DNA from: a virus
Taxonomy: Duplodnaviria > Caudoviricetes
Direction: 5' to 3' (one strand)
Virus record (IMG/VR): IMGVR_UViG_3300021411_000017
Span: 1-35,237 of that record
DNA: 35,237 nt
A program made the position numbers and the translations under genes. Under the pieces are notes generated by a model. That model saw only the letters and a program-made list of their open reading frames with translations, searched no databases and was not told the DNA's origin. The first letter of the stretch is position 1. Each line of letters starts with the position of its first letter. Below are positions 1 through 8,218 of the stretch, piece after piece.

Positions 1-75
1 AGAAATATTGACAAGCTTGTCAGTATGGATCCTAAAGTTTTGGCTAAGCTGTTAGAGAGAGCAGGTATAAAATAA
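1..75 (+). CDS. 3' end of a hypothetical protein truncated by the window edge
   Basis: Open frame RNIDKLVSMDPKVLAKLLERAGIK ending in TAA at 73-75, directly abutting the ATG at 76. Confidence 0.6.
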   Translation, partial: RNIDKLVSMDPKVLAKLLERAGIK

Positions 76-507
76 ATGCCTCAATTTATAGGTAAGCCTC
101 CATACCGCTGTTCTCTATGTGGACAATTAGGAGCTAGAGAAGCTCATGGTGAACATGGAATTATCTGTGAGGAGTGTTACAAAAAGCAAGCTCCTATTTG
201 CGATTTCTGTTCTGTAGTTAATCCAACATGGGAGTATGACTGTAATACTTTCGTAACTAAAGAGATGGAAGGCTACAGATTTGTAAACGAGTGGTTAGCT
301 TGTGATGTCTGCCATGAGTTTATAGAGGATGACGACTATAACGGTCTACTCAAATTCTCTATGGCTGAGTATAGAAGAAATCATCCTAACCCTAAAGCAA
401 CCGATCGACTAGAAAGATTGCTAATGGAGAAAGTAGGTGAAATCCATAACTTGTTTAGAAAGAATAGAATAGGGTCCTGTAAACTGATAGGAGGCCAAGT
501 AAAGTGA
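76..507 (+). CDS. Hypothetical zinc-binding protein
   Basis: Four CxxC pairs (CSLC, CEEC, CDFC, CDVC); GTGA overlap with the next gene. Confidence 0.7.
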   Translation: MPQFIGKPPYRCSLCGQLGAREAHGEHGIICEECYKKQAPICDFCSVVNPTWEYDCNTFVTKEMEGYRFVNEWLACDVCHEFIEDDDYNGLLKFSMAEYRRNHPNPKATDRLERLLMEKVGEIHNLFRKNRIGSCKLIGGQVK

Positions 508-911
508 GCGAGACTACAAAACAACAAGCGCAACAAGAACAACAACAAGAAGAATACCAAACTAGGCTAGCCATTAAACTCTTCACTGATAAGATAGTAA
601 AGGCTGGCTTTCATGCTATTCCAACTGAGGAGGATCTACAAGAATCAAAGAAGCTATTAGATGGCATGACAGACTTTGCTTTGAAGCTACGTTTAGATAA
701 AGAAAATTATGCGCTACCTCATTTAAAGTTCTTTGCTGATAGCTTAGCAAGCTTAATTATATTAGCAGAAGTAGGCAATTCAGCCATATCTGCAATGTAT
801 AAGCTACATAAGATAGAGCAGTTGAGAGCTAAGCTAGCAAAGCAAGATGAATGTAATCTAACAGCTAAATGTATCTTGAAGAGAGGACATATTGGCGAAT
901 GTATAGTCTAA
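504..911 (+). CDS. Hypothetical protein
   Basis: GTG start with AGGAGG upstream; C-terminal C-x5-C-x5-H-x3-C motif. Confidence 0.65.
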   Translation: MSETTKQQAQQEQQQEEYQTRLAIKLFTDKIVKAGFHAIPTEEDLQESKKLLDGMTDFALKLRLDKENYALPHLKFFADSLASLIILAEVGNSAISAMYKLHKIEQLRAKLAKQDECNLTAKCILKRGHIGECIV

Positions 912-944
912 AACAAAATTAGAAGAATTAGGAGAATTAGAAGT

Positions 945-1745
945 ATGGCATTAAATAGTAAAAATTCTATAGAGAAAGTAGTAGTAGCTGTAGAAAGGTT
1001 ATCAAAAGAACAAGGTTTCTTTACAGCTGAACAACTAATGCAAGCAGCTAGCATCTCAAGAAGCTATTCCACATCTCTCTTACCTATCCTCACCAGAGCT
1101 GGATTGTTAGATGTTAATATAACTGTCAAACCTTACGCTTATCATCAAGTTAGATCCATGACAGAAGCTAGAGATTCGGGGGAGCTAGCTAGAATATGGA
1201 AAAGTAACAGAAACGCCGATGGAGTTCCGCGAACACCCAGGCAGGCTACGAGAGCCCAACAGCAGCAACCTCAGGGCCCGCAGCCTATCGAACTTCAAGA
1301 CCCAATGGAACTTCTCGAACAATTGCAGGATGACGACTTCGCTCAGCTTATCTCTTGGTACTTACAGAGACAACGTGGCGAGATTCAGCCTTTAAGAGAT
1401 CAAGTAAAGGACTTGCAAGTAAGGCTAGAATTAATACATTCCAATCAGTACAATGAGGATAGTAAGCTAAGGCATGAAAATGATACTTTAAGGAGAGAAT
1501 TAAAGGATGAGAGAGAAAGGATCATTCACCTTAGAAACGAGTTACAATCAGCTAATAATATGCTAGTTAGAAAAGAACCTCCTTCACGAATAGTAATGGT
1601 AGAACGCGGAAGTAACACTAACAATAACAATCACCAAGAACATGGTGGAAGTGGCAATGTTAAGGCAGGTTATGTAGTCCATGGTAAGCCTTACACTGGA
1701 CATGCACCTGCTAGTGTATTGGTAGAGCATAAGAATAGGAAGTGA
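945..1745 (+). CDS. Putative DNA-binding protein (N-terminal winged-HTH-like region plus coiled coil)
   Basis: FTAEQLMQAASISRSYSTSLLPILTRAGLL resembles a wHTH; heptad-rich segment at about aa 150-207; AGGAG Shine-Dalgarno (SD) site. Confidence 0.55.
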   Translation: MALNSKNSIEKVVVAVERLSKEQGFFTAEQLMQAASISRSYSTSLLPILTRAGLLDVNITVKPYAYHQVRSMTEARDSGELARIWKSNRNADGVPRTPRQATRAQQQQPQGPQPIELQDPMELLEQLQDDDFAQLISWYLQRQRGEIQPLRDQVKDLQVRLELIHSNQYNEDSKLRHENDTLRRELKDERERIIHLRNELQSANNMLVRKEPPSRIVMVERGSNTNNNNHQEHGGSGNVKAGYVVHGKPYTGHAPASVLVEHKNRK

Positions 1746-1755
1746 TGTTAAGACA

Positions 1756-1959
1756 ATGCACTCAAATCCTAATATTGGTGTAGACTATGAGTGTATAGAA
1801 TATAGTAACAATCCTCCACAAGCTAGAAAATGGCTATGTAATGTGAAGGGCTGTAGAAGGAGGTTCAAGAATAGAAGACATTGGGAGCAGCATTTTTTGG
1901 CTAGTCACTATGAGGATAGAAATTATAGTAGTAGAAAGGAGGTGATAAGGAATTTATGA
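1756..1959 (+). CDS. Small protein with a single C2H2 zinc finger
   Basis: WLC-NVKG-C-RRR-F-KNRRH-W-EQ-H-FLAS-H fits C-x4-C-x3-F-x5-hydrophobic-x2-H-x4-H. Confidence 0.7.
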   Translation: MHSNPNIGVDYECIEYSNNPPQARKWLCNVKGCRRRFKNRRHWEQHFLASHYEDRNYSSRKEVIRNL

Positions 1960-2174
1960 GTAGGATAAGAATAATAGCTACGAGGCTAACAAAAGGTAGC
2001 AAGTACGCAATGTTCGAGGAGAGTGAGATATGGAAGGATGGTATGTTGGTTAAGTGTAATAAGCGAGATATAGGTAATCAGCATCCTCCTTTCTTTGTCA
2101 ATTTCTTGTTGAGTAGTGAGTATGTAGGAGAGGCAAAGAAACTAACAATAACAATAGACGAGGATGTAGATTAG
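1956..2174 (+). CDS. Hypothetical protein
   Basis: ATGA overlap with the previous gene; SD-like sequence upstream. Confidence 0.6.
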   Translation: MSRIRIIATRLTKGSKYAMFEESEIWKDGMLVKCNKRDIGNQHPPFFVNFLLSSEYVGEAKKLTITIDEDVD

Positions 2175-2371
2175 TGAGAGCTAGAAAATACATTCAAGTA
2201 TTAGATCACCAGTTCGTAAAACTGGAGCGAATATTCAAGACAGCGTGCTGTGATTGCGACCTTGTTCATCTATGGCAACTTACTAAGAAAAAAGGAGTAT
2301 TTGGATTTGTAATCACTTTAGACAACCGTGCAACTGCCCAGCGCAGACGACATAGAAAATGCAAGGAGTAA
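2174..2371 (+). CDS. Small phage protein with a CCDCxLVH metal-binding motif
   Basis: ACCDCDLVH motif, basic C-terminus, coupled start/stop. Confidence 0.6.
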   Translation: MRARKYIQVLDHQFVKLERIFKTACCDCDLVHLWQLTKKKGVFGFVITLDNRATAQRRRHRKCKE

Positions 2372-2610
2372 CTATAAAAGGTGTTCTATTTAGAAGTAAT
2401 AAGTGTATTAGGGGACACCTAAGAACTATCCACAACACTCATGTTGGTCGGTATCTCATGACAGAACATGGAGGGGTGAGGCGATGGAGGATGAAGGGCT
2501 ATTGCTATGACTGCCAAAAGATTATCCATAAGAGTCATAGAGATAGAGAACGTAAAATGTTGGAGGAATTGAGAGCTGAGAATAGAAGAGAAAGGAGAGC
2601 TAGTAGATAA
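2359..2610 (+). CDS. Hypothetical zinc-binding protein
   Basis: CIRGH...CYDC motif of the kind often appended to phage HNH proteins; no HNH core visible. Confidence 0.55.
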   Translation: MQGVTIKGVLFRSNKCIRGHLRTIHNTHVGRYLMTEHGGVRRWRMKGYCYDCQKIIHKSHRDRERKMLEELRAENRRERRASR

Positions 2611-2933
2611 TGTTAAAAATAAGAATAGACCTATTTGAACAGAAAGATCCAAGAGAAACAATCTCTAAATCATTGTTAATATTTTGCTTGAATGCTGATG
2701 ATCTATTTCATCTTAAGAAAGGTACTATTGCACGCATACCTGGCCAACAACTAATGGCTCCTGAATACGACTTCTTGATTAGCTACAATAATACTACTGA
2801 TGAGGTGATAGATAGGCTATTCAAAGATGGCATCTTGTCAGAAGAAGACGTAAAGGCTATAGTCAATACAAGTAATACCATCAGAAAAACTCAGTCTATG
2901 GCTACTATAATAAAAAATAGAGTACCAAGATGA
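2610..2933 (+). CDS. Hypothetical protein
   Basis: TAATG and ATGA coupling at both ends. Confidence 0.65.
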   Translation: MLKIRIDLFEQKDPRETISKSLLIFCLNADDLFHLKKGTIARIPGQQLMAPEYDFLISYNNTTDEVIDRLFKDGILSEEDVKAIVNTSNTIRKTQSMATIIKNRVPR

Positions 2934-3181
2934 GTGCTAATGGAGAATGGAAGAAGCCTTGGAAGCTTAGTCCATGCGACACTAGCGGCTGTAGAGAGCT
3001 AACAGGTTGGAGGTATTGGAATGGTTATAGGTGGATCTATCGTTGCTGGGATTGTTGTAGAGAACAAAAGGGCTTTACGAGAGATAGAAGTACAGAACAA
3101 GCTTATAGAAAGAGGAGGGCATTAGAAAATGGTAACAGAATCAAAACCGCTAACAAAGACGGTAAGGTTAATGATCTTTAG
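2930..3181 (+). CDS. Hypothetical zinc-binding protein
   Basis: CDTSGC...CWDCC motif; ATGA overlap. Confidence 0.55.
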   Translation: MSANGEWKKPWKLSPCDTSGCRELTGWRYWNGYRWIYRCWDCCREQKGFTRDRSTEQAYRKRRALENGNRIKTANKDGKVNDL

Positions 3182-3464
3182 ACTAGACGAAGAGACCAAG
3201 CCAACAAAGTATAGCTTGTGGGACCTAGCTATGGCTGTCAACTTAGAGCCATGGGAGCTCGATGCTTGTGCTAGGCTGGCAATAGGCGAGTCGGTAGAGT
3301 CAGAGGCAGATGGCTTGATAGTAAGAGAAGAGGATGAAAAAGTAGAAGTCGAATTGCCTGTCATCGAAGTGGATCTAGACAACGAGGAAGAGGACGAGAA
3401 TGAGGACGAGAATGATGAGGAGGGCGAGGAAGCTGAAAAGGATAAAGATATTGAGAATGGCTAG
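3129..3464 (+). CDS. Highly acidic hypothetical protein
   Basis: GAGGAGG SD at about 3112-3118; D/E-rich C-terminal half; 12-bp tandem duplication GAGGACGAGAAT at 3390-3413. Confidence 0.65.
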   Translation: MVTESKPLTKTVRLMIFRLDEETKPTKYSLWDLAMAVNLEPWELDACARLAIGESVESEADGLIVREEDEKVEVELPVIEVDLDNEEEDENEDENDEEGEEAEKDKDIENG

Positions 3465-3490
3465 TAACTTTCCTTATCTATCTACGTGTT

Positions 3491-3507
3491 TGTCCGGATT
3501 ACGGACA
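3491..3507. promoter_or_regulatory. 17-bp palindromic site, copy 1 (TGTCCGGATTACGGACA)
   Basis: Intergenic, 40 bp upstream of the -35 box; four further copies in the window. Confidence 0.8.
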
Positions 3508-3547
3508 CGGTAAGTCAAACGGAAATTGCTTGTCGGTCAAACACCTA

Positions 3548-3575
3548 TTGACATTCGGGCCGATTGTGTTATAAT
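3548..3575 (+). promoter_or_regulatory. Consensus sigma70/sigmaA promoter with extended -10
   Basis: TTGACA at 3548-3553, 16-nt spacer ending TGTGT, TATAAT at 3570-3575, in an intergenic gap. Confidence 0.9.
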
Positions 3576-3683
3576 AGGCAACATTACGGCCGAATCTCAC
3601 AATTACTCGAAAGAGATAAAAATTATAGTGGTCATGAACCTGAACTACTTATCAATCCGCATACTAAGAAAGGAGGTGAAAAA

Positions 3684-4025
3684 ATGAAAACTGAACAAGT
3701 CCCCGTTAGTTACCGTGATCAGGAGGCTAAAAAGAACGTTCCTTTGGGAACTGTCGAAGTAAGTATTCCTGAATCAATCGAAGAGGCTCAACAGCTGTAC
3801 GGTGAAGGCGACGTTGATAAAGGAACTGAGCTGCTATTAGAGTATGCTACCACAGCATATACTATCGAGAAGCAGCGCCTTTACCGTGACGCCAACCGTC
3901 CTGACAAGCCTCAGGCTGCCGTCAACTTGTCGAAGTTCAAACAGCTCTCGCCAGAGAAGCAGAGAGAGTTGCTTGTAGCGGCAGGTATTATCAACGCTAC
4001 TGACAGTCAACAAGCTGCTTCCTAA
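3684..4025 (+). CDS. Hypothetical protein, first gene of the promoter's transcript (113 aa, start revised from 3564)
   Basis: AAGGAGGTG SD just upstream of ATG 3684; the track's TTG start at 3564 lies inside the promoter. Confidence 0.8.
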   Translation: MKTEQVPVSYRDQEAKKNVPLGTVEVSIPESIEEAQQLYGEGDVDKGTELLLEYATTAYTIEKQRLYRDANRPDKPQAAVNLSKFKQLSPEKQRELLVAAGIINATDSQQAAS

Positions 4026-4035
4026 TAAGGGGAGT

Positions 4036-4089
4036 AGTGGAGGATGGATGGAGATAGTGGTCACAAGCTGCTATCTCCTCCATTTCACT
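4036..4089 (+). other. Long intergenic RNA stem-loop
   Basis: GGAGATAG 4050-4057 pairs with CTATCTCC 4071-4078, extended by ATGGA/TCCAT and AGTG/CACT. Confidence 0.6.
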
Positions 4090-4090
4090 T

Positions 4091-4285
4091 ATGGAAGAAA
4101 TTGTAGAATTTGAAGATGTCACTTCTATAAACGATACTCCCCTAGCTTTATGTTGTTTTATAGAAGGTAAGAATGTCTGGATTCCTAAAAGCCAAATCCA
4201 TACTGACTCAGAAGTCTACCGTAAGAACCAATCTGGTAAGCTTATAATCTCTCGTTGGATCGCTGAACAAAAGGGGCTTGTATGA
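4091..4285 (+). CDS. Small phage protein with a WIPKSQ motif
   Basis: VWIPKSQI...LIISRWIAEQKGL, a recurring small beta-rich phage protein pattern. Confidence 0.7.
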   Translation: MEEIVEFEDVTSINDTPLALCCFIEGKNVWIPKSQIHTDSEVYRKNQSGKLIISRWIAEQKGLV

Positions 4286-4446
4286 GTAAGGTTGATCAAG
4301 AAATTCAAAAGTCCCTAAGGATTGTTATCCCCTTAGAGTTGTATGCTCAAGTAAAATTAGCATGTCCTGAGCATGGCCAAATTAGCCAATTAGTCCGAGC
4401 TTTGCTAATCAAGCACTTCTTACAACTTGCTGATACTACTGAATAG
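4282..4446 (+). CDS. Ribbon-helix-helix (CopG/Arc-like) DNA-binding protein, 54 aa, not in the ORF track
   Basis: MSKVDQEIQKSLRIVIPLELYAQVKLACPEHGQISQLVRALLIKHFLQLADTTE: beta strand, helix, G-x-x-S turn, helix; ATGA overlap; fills the gap. Confidence 0.65.
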   Translation: MSKVDQEIQKSLRIVIPLELYAQVKLACPEHGQISQLVRALLIKHFLQLADTTE

Positions 4447-4454
4447 GAAAATTT

Positions 4455-4787
4455 ATGGGCTTAGGTCCTCAAAAATCGTCATTACTCAATAAGTTAGGAA
4501 AGTTACAAGCATGGGAGATGAGTGTAGAAGAGCTACAAAAGATAGTAGCAGACAACCAACAAAAGAGAACAATCGACCGCTCAATGAGCAGAGCAGCGAA
4601 ACTGATGAGCTCATCAACTACGTCTTCAAAACGCTCCAAAGCAAGGAGCAAAGAGCTTCAATCCAACAAGCCATTGAAGAAGCTAGAAGATTGCGGGCTG
4701 TCCGTCGAGATAGTGAAGAGTCTTAGAGCTACCGGCAAGCAAGACTTTCAAATAATTTTAGAATTACAAGCTGCAGGATTATTGTAG
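4455..4787 (+). CDS. Hypothetical basic protein
   Basis: ATG with AGGA upstream; tiles with neighbours. Confidence 0.6.
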   Translation: MGLGPQKSSLLNKLGKLQAWEMSVEELQKIVADNQQKRTIDRSMSRAAKLMSSSTTSSKRSKARSKELQSNKPLKKLEDCGLSVEIVKSLRATGKQDFQIILELQAAGLL

Positions 4788-4788
4788 C

Positions 4789-5058
4789 ATGAATGTAACT
4801 CAATTAGAAGCCTTGTTAAAACAAGGTGGCTCGTTATCACATGAGATGATAGTCTCTAGCTCTCCATTAGCTGTCAACCAACTATGGCTAGATAATGTCA
4901 CTCCACGTCGTATCTTCAAAATCATTAAACTAGAACTACAAACTCTCATCGTAGCTGAAGGCTGGCAAACAAACACTACTAGTTACGACATCAGGCTCAT
5001 CAACCGCTACTTGTTCGAAGAGGACATAGCACAAGGAGAACTAGTAATATGGAAATAG
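4789..5058 (+). CDS. Hypothetical protein
   Basis: Tiles between neighbours. Confidence 0.6.
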   Translation: MNVTQLEALLKQGGSLSHEMIVSSSPLAVNQLWLDNVTPRRIFKIIKLELQTLIVAEGWQTNTTSYDIRLINRYLFEEDIAQGELVIWK

Positions 5059-6134
5059 TAGAAGAACCATTAGCTACTGAACAGATAGTATCTAAAGGTA
5101 CTAAGCAAGTTGTTGCTGAGTTAGTCCAGAGGCAAGACATAGACTTCATGAATATGGTTGTCTTAGACGCTCACTTATTAAAAACTTATAGAGCTTGTGA
5201 GCAGAAATTCAACTATTTTGAGGAGCATCATGTTATAGGTAAAGGAGTGAAAGCAGCTCCAGGCTTTGGTATCTCCATGCACGCCGGCATAGAGCATTAT
5301 CGTAAAGCTAAAATGGAAGGCAAGAACTTTGATCAGGCTTTAATAATAGGAGCCGGCCACTTATTAAAGGCATATAAGGATAACATGCCTAAAGAGGCGC
5401 AGTCAGAAGTCTTACAAGATGATAAGAGATCATTAGATAACGCGCTCAGGATATATGAAGGCTATTGTAAGCACTACGAGCCAATGGGCTATAAGTTCCA
5501 TTATGTCGAGGTGCCATTCGCTATGTATCTAGGTAAGATTAGGAGTTGGAAGTATATAGATCTAGGTAATGGCGTGGTATCTATGGACGTTACTCAAGTA
5601 GTGGAGCGTGAACTTGTCTATGTAGGTATTATTGACGCCGTTTTAGAGATGCACAACGCTCTCTATGTTAATGATCTCAAAACTACAGCCTGGTCTATTA
5701 GTGAGTCATGGCTAGAAGGTTTTAGAATGGATCAAGGCTTGTGTGGCTATACTGTCGCTGCTAAAGAGATTCTAGGAGTTGACACCCAACATGCTTTAGT
5801 ACATGGTATCTGGGTTCAAAAAGAAGCTAAAACTACAAGAGGTAAGCCACTAGATGAGTATTTCCAGAGTAAGGAGATACACTGGGATCAAGGCTTGATA
5901 GATGAATGGCACAGAAACACTATCATGACTGCTGAGAGAATAGAGAGAAGTAGATTGATGCAGGAATGGCAGATGGACTGGGGCCAGAACTGTGGAGCTT
6001 TTGGTGGCTGTGAATATAGACCACTATGTTCCGCTCCTCCTAAATTCAGACGTCATATGATAGAAGTAGAGTACCAACGAGCTATCTGGGCTCCTTTAGA
6101 AGATGAAAGATTACAAAAGATTGAGGGATTATAA
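5049..6134 (+). CDS. PD-(D/E)xK exonuclease, Cas4/RecB-like with Fe-S-type cysteines
   Basis: C...G-x-x-x-H, GIIDAV, VNDLKTT, QGLCGY and C-terminal CGAFGGCEYRPLC. Confidence 0.85.
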   Translation: MEIVEEPLATEQIVSKGTKQVVAELVQRQDIDFMNMVVLDAHLLKTYRACEQKFNYFEEHHVIGKGVKAAPGFGISMHAGIEHYRKAKMEGKNFDQALIIGAGHLLKAYKDNMPKEAQSEVLQDDKRSLDNALRIYEGYCKHYEPMGYKFHYVEVPFAMYLGKIRSWKYIDLGNGVVSMDVTQVVERELVYVGIIDAVLEMHNALYVNDLKTTAWSISESWLEGFRMDQGLCGYTVAAKEILGVDTQHALVHGIWVQKEAKTTRGKPLDEYFQSKEIHWDQGLIDEWHRNTIMTAERIERSRLMQEWQMDWGQNCGAFGGCEYRPLCSAPPKFRRHMIEVEYQRAIWAPLEDERLQKIEGL

Positions 6135-6169
6135 CTTTTAATATCCAAAAGAAAGGAGGTGAAATAGAA

Positions 6170-6454
6170 ATGATAATGATCTTTACTCGTACTGTCCTCC
6201 GTGATCCTAACGACACTAATAAGGCAACTGTCTATGTACGTGTTACTGGTTCCTTTGATGGTTTGGAATGTAAGGTAGGCGATCTAACTTTCCCATCTAC
6301 TCAATCATGGGCTAAATTTTGGGGTGCTGTCCATCATGGTGCCTTGAAGATTCCTGACTTAGAAGTCAAGATGGAGAATGCCTTCGGTGATGCTGTAGAT
6401 AGTGGCAAGGAGGAACAACTTGGAAATCCTGATGCGCCGGGGCTTAAAGTATAA
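6170..6454 (+). CDS. Hypothetical protein
   Basis: AAGGAGGTG SD upstream. Confidence 0.65.
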   Translation: MIMIFTRTVLRDPNDTNKATVYVRVTGSFDGLECKVGDLTFPSTQSWAKFWGAVHHGALKIPDLEVKMENAFGDAVDSGKEEQLGNPDAPGLKV

Positions 6455-6557
6455 TACTTTCCAGCCAGAAGAAACTAAACCAGTAAGTAAGCAGGAGCTT
6501 AACAGGCAGAACTACCAGGAAATACAACAAGCTATAAGAAAGGATAAGGATAAAATT

Positions 6558-7352
6558 ATGCCTTCTTTAAATGACTTCATGGCTCGCGACCCCTTACGAG
6601 CAGCTATCTGGGGTGGTAGCGGTAGTGGAAAGACAACACTAGCAGCATTATTAGCTAATTACGAGCAGTTTAGGCCAATTTACTTCTTTGACTGGGATCG
6701 TCGAATGGGAGCTTTACGTGCTTCTATTCCTCAAGATCTCTGGCAGTATATCTTTGCTGATTCTTATAGTGATAAGCAGCAACAAGGCTCAGCATTTAGT
6801 ATGATGGAAGCTAAACTAGTCTCTATAGAGAAAGAAGGCTACAAAACTATCATACTCGATAGCATGACTTTCATGTTAGAAGGTATAATGGCTCGAGTCA
6901 TGATGCTTGATGGTAATAAGAACTCTGCTACTATGAACCCCCAGTTACAGAACTACCTCTCTCAGCAATCAGCAGTCAAAGCTGTCCTGCAGCGAATGTG
7001 CTCTGCTAATTATAACTTCATCTGTACCTTTCATGAAGGCACTGATAAGGATGAGGTTAGTGGTCGCATCTTCAAGGCATTTAACGTCACAGGTAAGTTA
7101 GTATCAACAGTCCCTGGTTACTTCAATGAGATATGGCATACTGAAGTTAACCAGACAACTCAAGGCGAGAATGAGTTTAGTGTAAGAACTAGAAGTGACT
7201 ATACTTACATGGCCAGAACTACATTTAGATCGTTGAAGTCAACAGAAAAGCAGGGGGACGTATGGCCGAAAGTAATAGCAGAGATCAGCAACCAGCAGGA
7301 GATAGCCAAGCTACCACCACCACACGTACAAGTAGAACCACAAAAACTGTAA
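6558..7352 (+). CDS. AAA_24/Sak4-like P-loop ATPase (probable recombinase)
   Basis: Walker A GGSGSGKT, Walker B IILDS, CTFHE, PGYFNEIW; start revised to ATG 6558 (AAGGA upstream); lies between nuclease and SSB genes. Confidence 0.8.
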   Translation: MPSLNDFMARDPLRAAIWGGSGSGKTTLAALLANYEQFRPIYFFDWDRRMGALRASIPQDLWQYIFADSYSDKQQQGSAFSMMEAKLVSIEKEGYKTIILDSMTFMLEGIMARVMMLDGNKNSATMNPQLQNYLSQQSAVKAVLQRMCSANYNFICTFHEGTDKDEVSGRIFKAFNVTGKLVSTVPGYFNEIWHTEVNQTTQGENEFSVRTRSDYTYMARTTFRSLKSTEKQGDVWPKVIAEISNQQEIAKLPPPHVQVEPQKL

Positions 7353-7522
7353 GGGAAGGAGGAATAATTCTAGACGATAACCATAGTATCCAAATAAAAC
7401 TAAGGTGTAGGATTCATCCAAGAAACACCGGAAAGGAGCTAACAGGTTGTTCATACTGCAATAACTTATACTATTTGTGGCAGTTCGTAAACAGAGGCTC
7501 TATTTTATTAGAACAAAACTAA
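7262..7522 (+). CDS. Small hypothetical zinc-binding protein (true start probably near 7365)
   Basis: CRIH...CSYC motif; AAGGAGG at about 7356-7362 suggests a later, possibly non-ATG, start. Confidence 0.4.
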   Translation: MAESNSRDQQPAGDSQATTTTRTSRTTKTVREGGIILDDNHSIQIKLRCRIHPRNTGKELTGCSYCNNLYYLWQFVNRGSILLEQN

Positions 7523-7546
7523 AATCTGAATAAGGAGATTATTAGT

Positions 7547-7957
7547 ATGGAATTAGATGTAAATCTAAATGAGGTAGTGGAGAAGCCTAGATTGCCAGCT
7601 GATATAGAGCTACCACTAGCAATCATCAAGGCTGAAGTAAAGATAGGCCAGCAACCTAATAAGACTACAGGCCAGAAAGAGCCTTATGTAGCCTGTGAGA
7701 TTGTACCCTTACAAGAACCATGGAACGAAGGGTACAAGATCTACCACAATTTCTCTTTAACGCCGGCAGCCTTGTCAAGCCCAGACGCTACTTTCTCTAT
7801 TAAGAAGTTCTTCGCTATTATAGGCCATAACATTAGGGCTGATGGCAAGTTCTCGACGGAAGAAGTTCAGACGTTGAGATTCATCGGGAAAGTGAAGTAC
7901 GACGACAAGGCTCCTACTCGGCCGGCATTGGGTGGAGTGTTGAGAGGTGTTAGCTAA
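7547..7957 (+). CDS. Putative single-stranded DNA-binding protein (DUF669-like OB fold)
   Basis: Size, pattern (LPA...IIKAEVK...YHNFSL) and position after the Sak4-like ATPase. Confidence 0.6.
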   Translation: MELDVNLNEVVEKPRLPADIELPLAIIKAEVKIGQQPNKTTGQKEPYVACEIVPLQEPWNEGYKIYHNFSLTPAALSSPDATFSIKKFFAIIGHNIRADGKFSTEEVQTLRFIGKVKYDDKAPTRPALGGVLRGVS

Positions 7958-8218
7958 TAATAGATAGTAACAATCAGTAAACCTCCCTATCTAGCTACGC
8001 CTTACTCCTTATTCCAAACGAGGAAGTCTTCAGGCGAACACCTATTGTCTAGATGGAAGTGGAGGCCACAGTTATTGGGATGCAGTTGAAAGTTTACATA
8101 GGCTATTTAGAGACTTCAAGGAGACTTGTAGCCCAACTTTACCGAGAGCTACAGATAGAAAAAACTGTATAGCCGGCCCGATAACTAAAAATTGTGAGTA
8201 GATATAAAAGGCAACAAC

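Noticed and set aside
3564-3683. N-terminal extension of ORF 3564..4025
   Set aside because: The TTG start lies inside the promoter; the strong SD supports ATG 3684
76-4446. Archaeal virus origin, suggested by RHH and zinc-finger proteins
   Set aside because: The sigma70 promoter, peptidoglycan hydrolase, lipoprotein and PolA indicate a bacterial host
5049-6134. Cas4-like gene as part of a CRISPR-Cas system
   Set aside because: No cas1/cas2 or array; the nuclease-ATPase-SSB context is a standard phage recombination module
6402-6557. N-terminal extension of the AAA ATPase
   Set aside because: It overlaps the upstream gene; ATG 6558 has an SD and sits just before the Walker A strand
7960-8218. 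Gene or tRNA in the gap after the SSB gene
   Set aside because: Only a 39-codon ORF without an SD and a longer open frame lacking an early start codon; no cloverleaf or convincing structure seen
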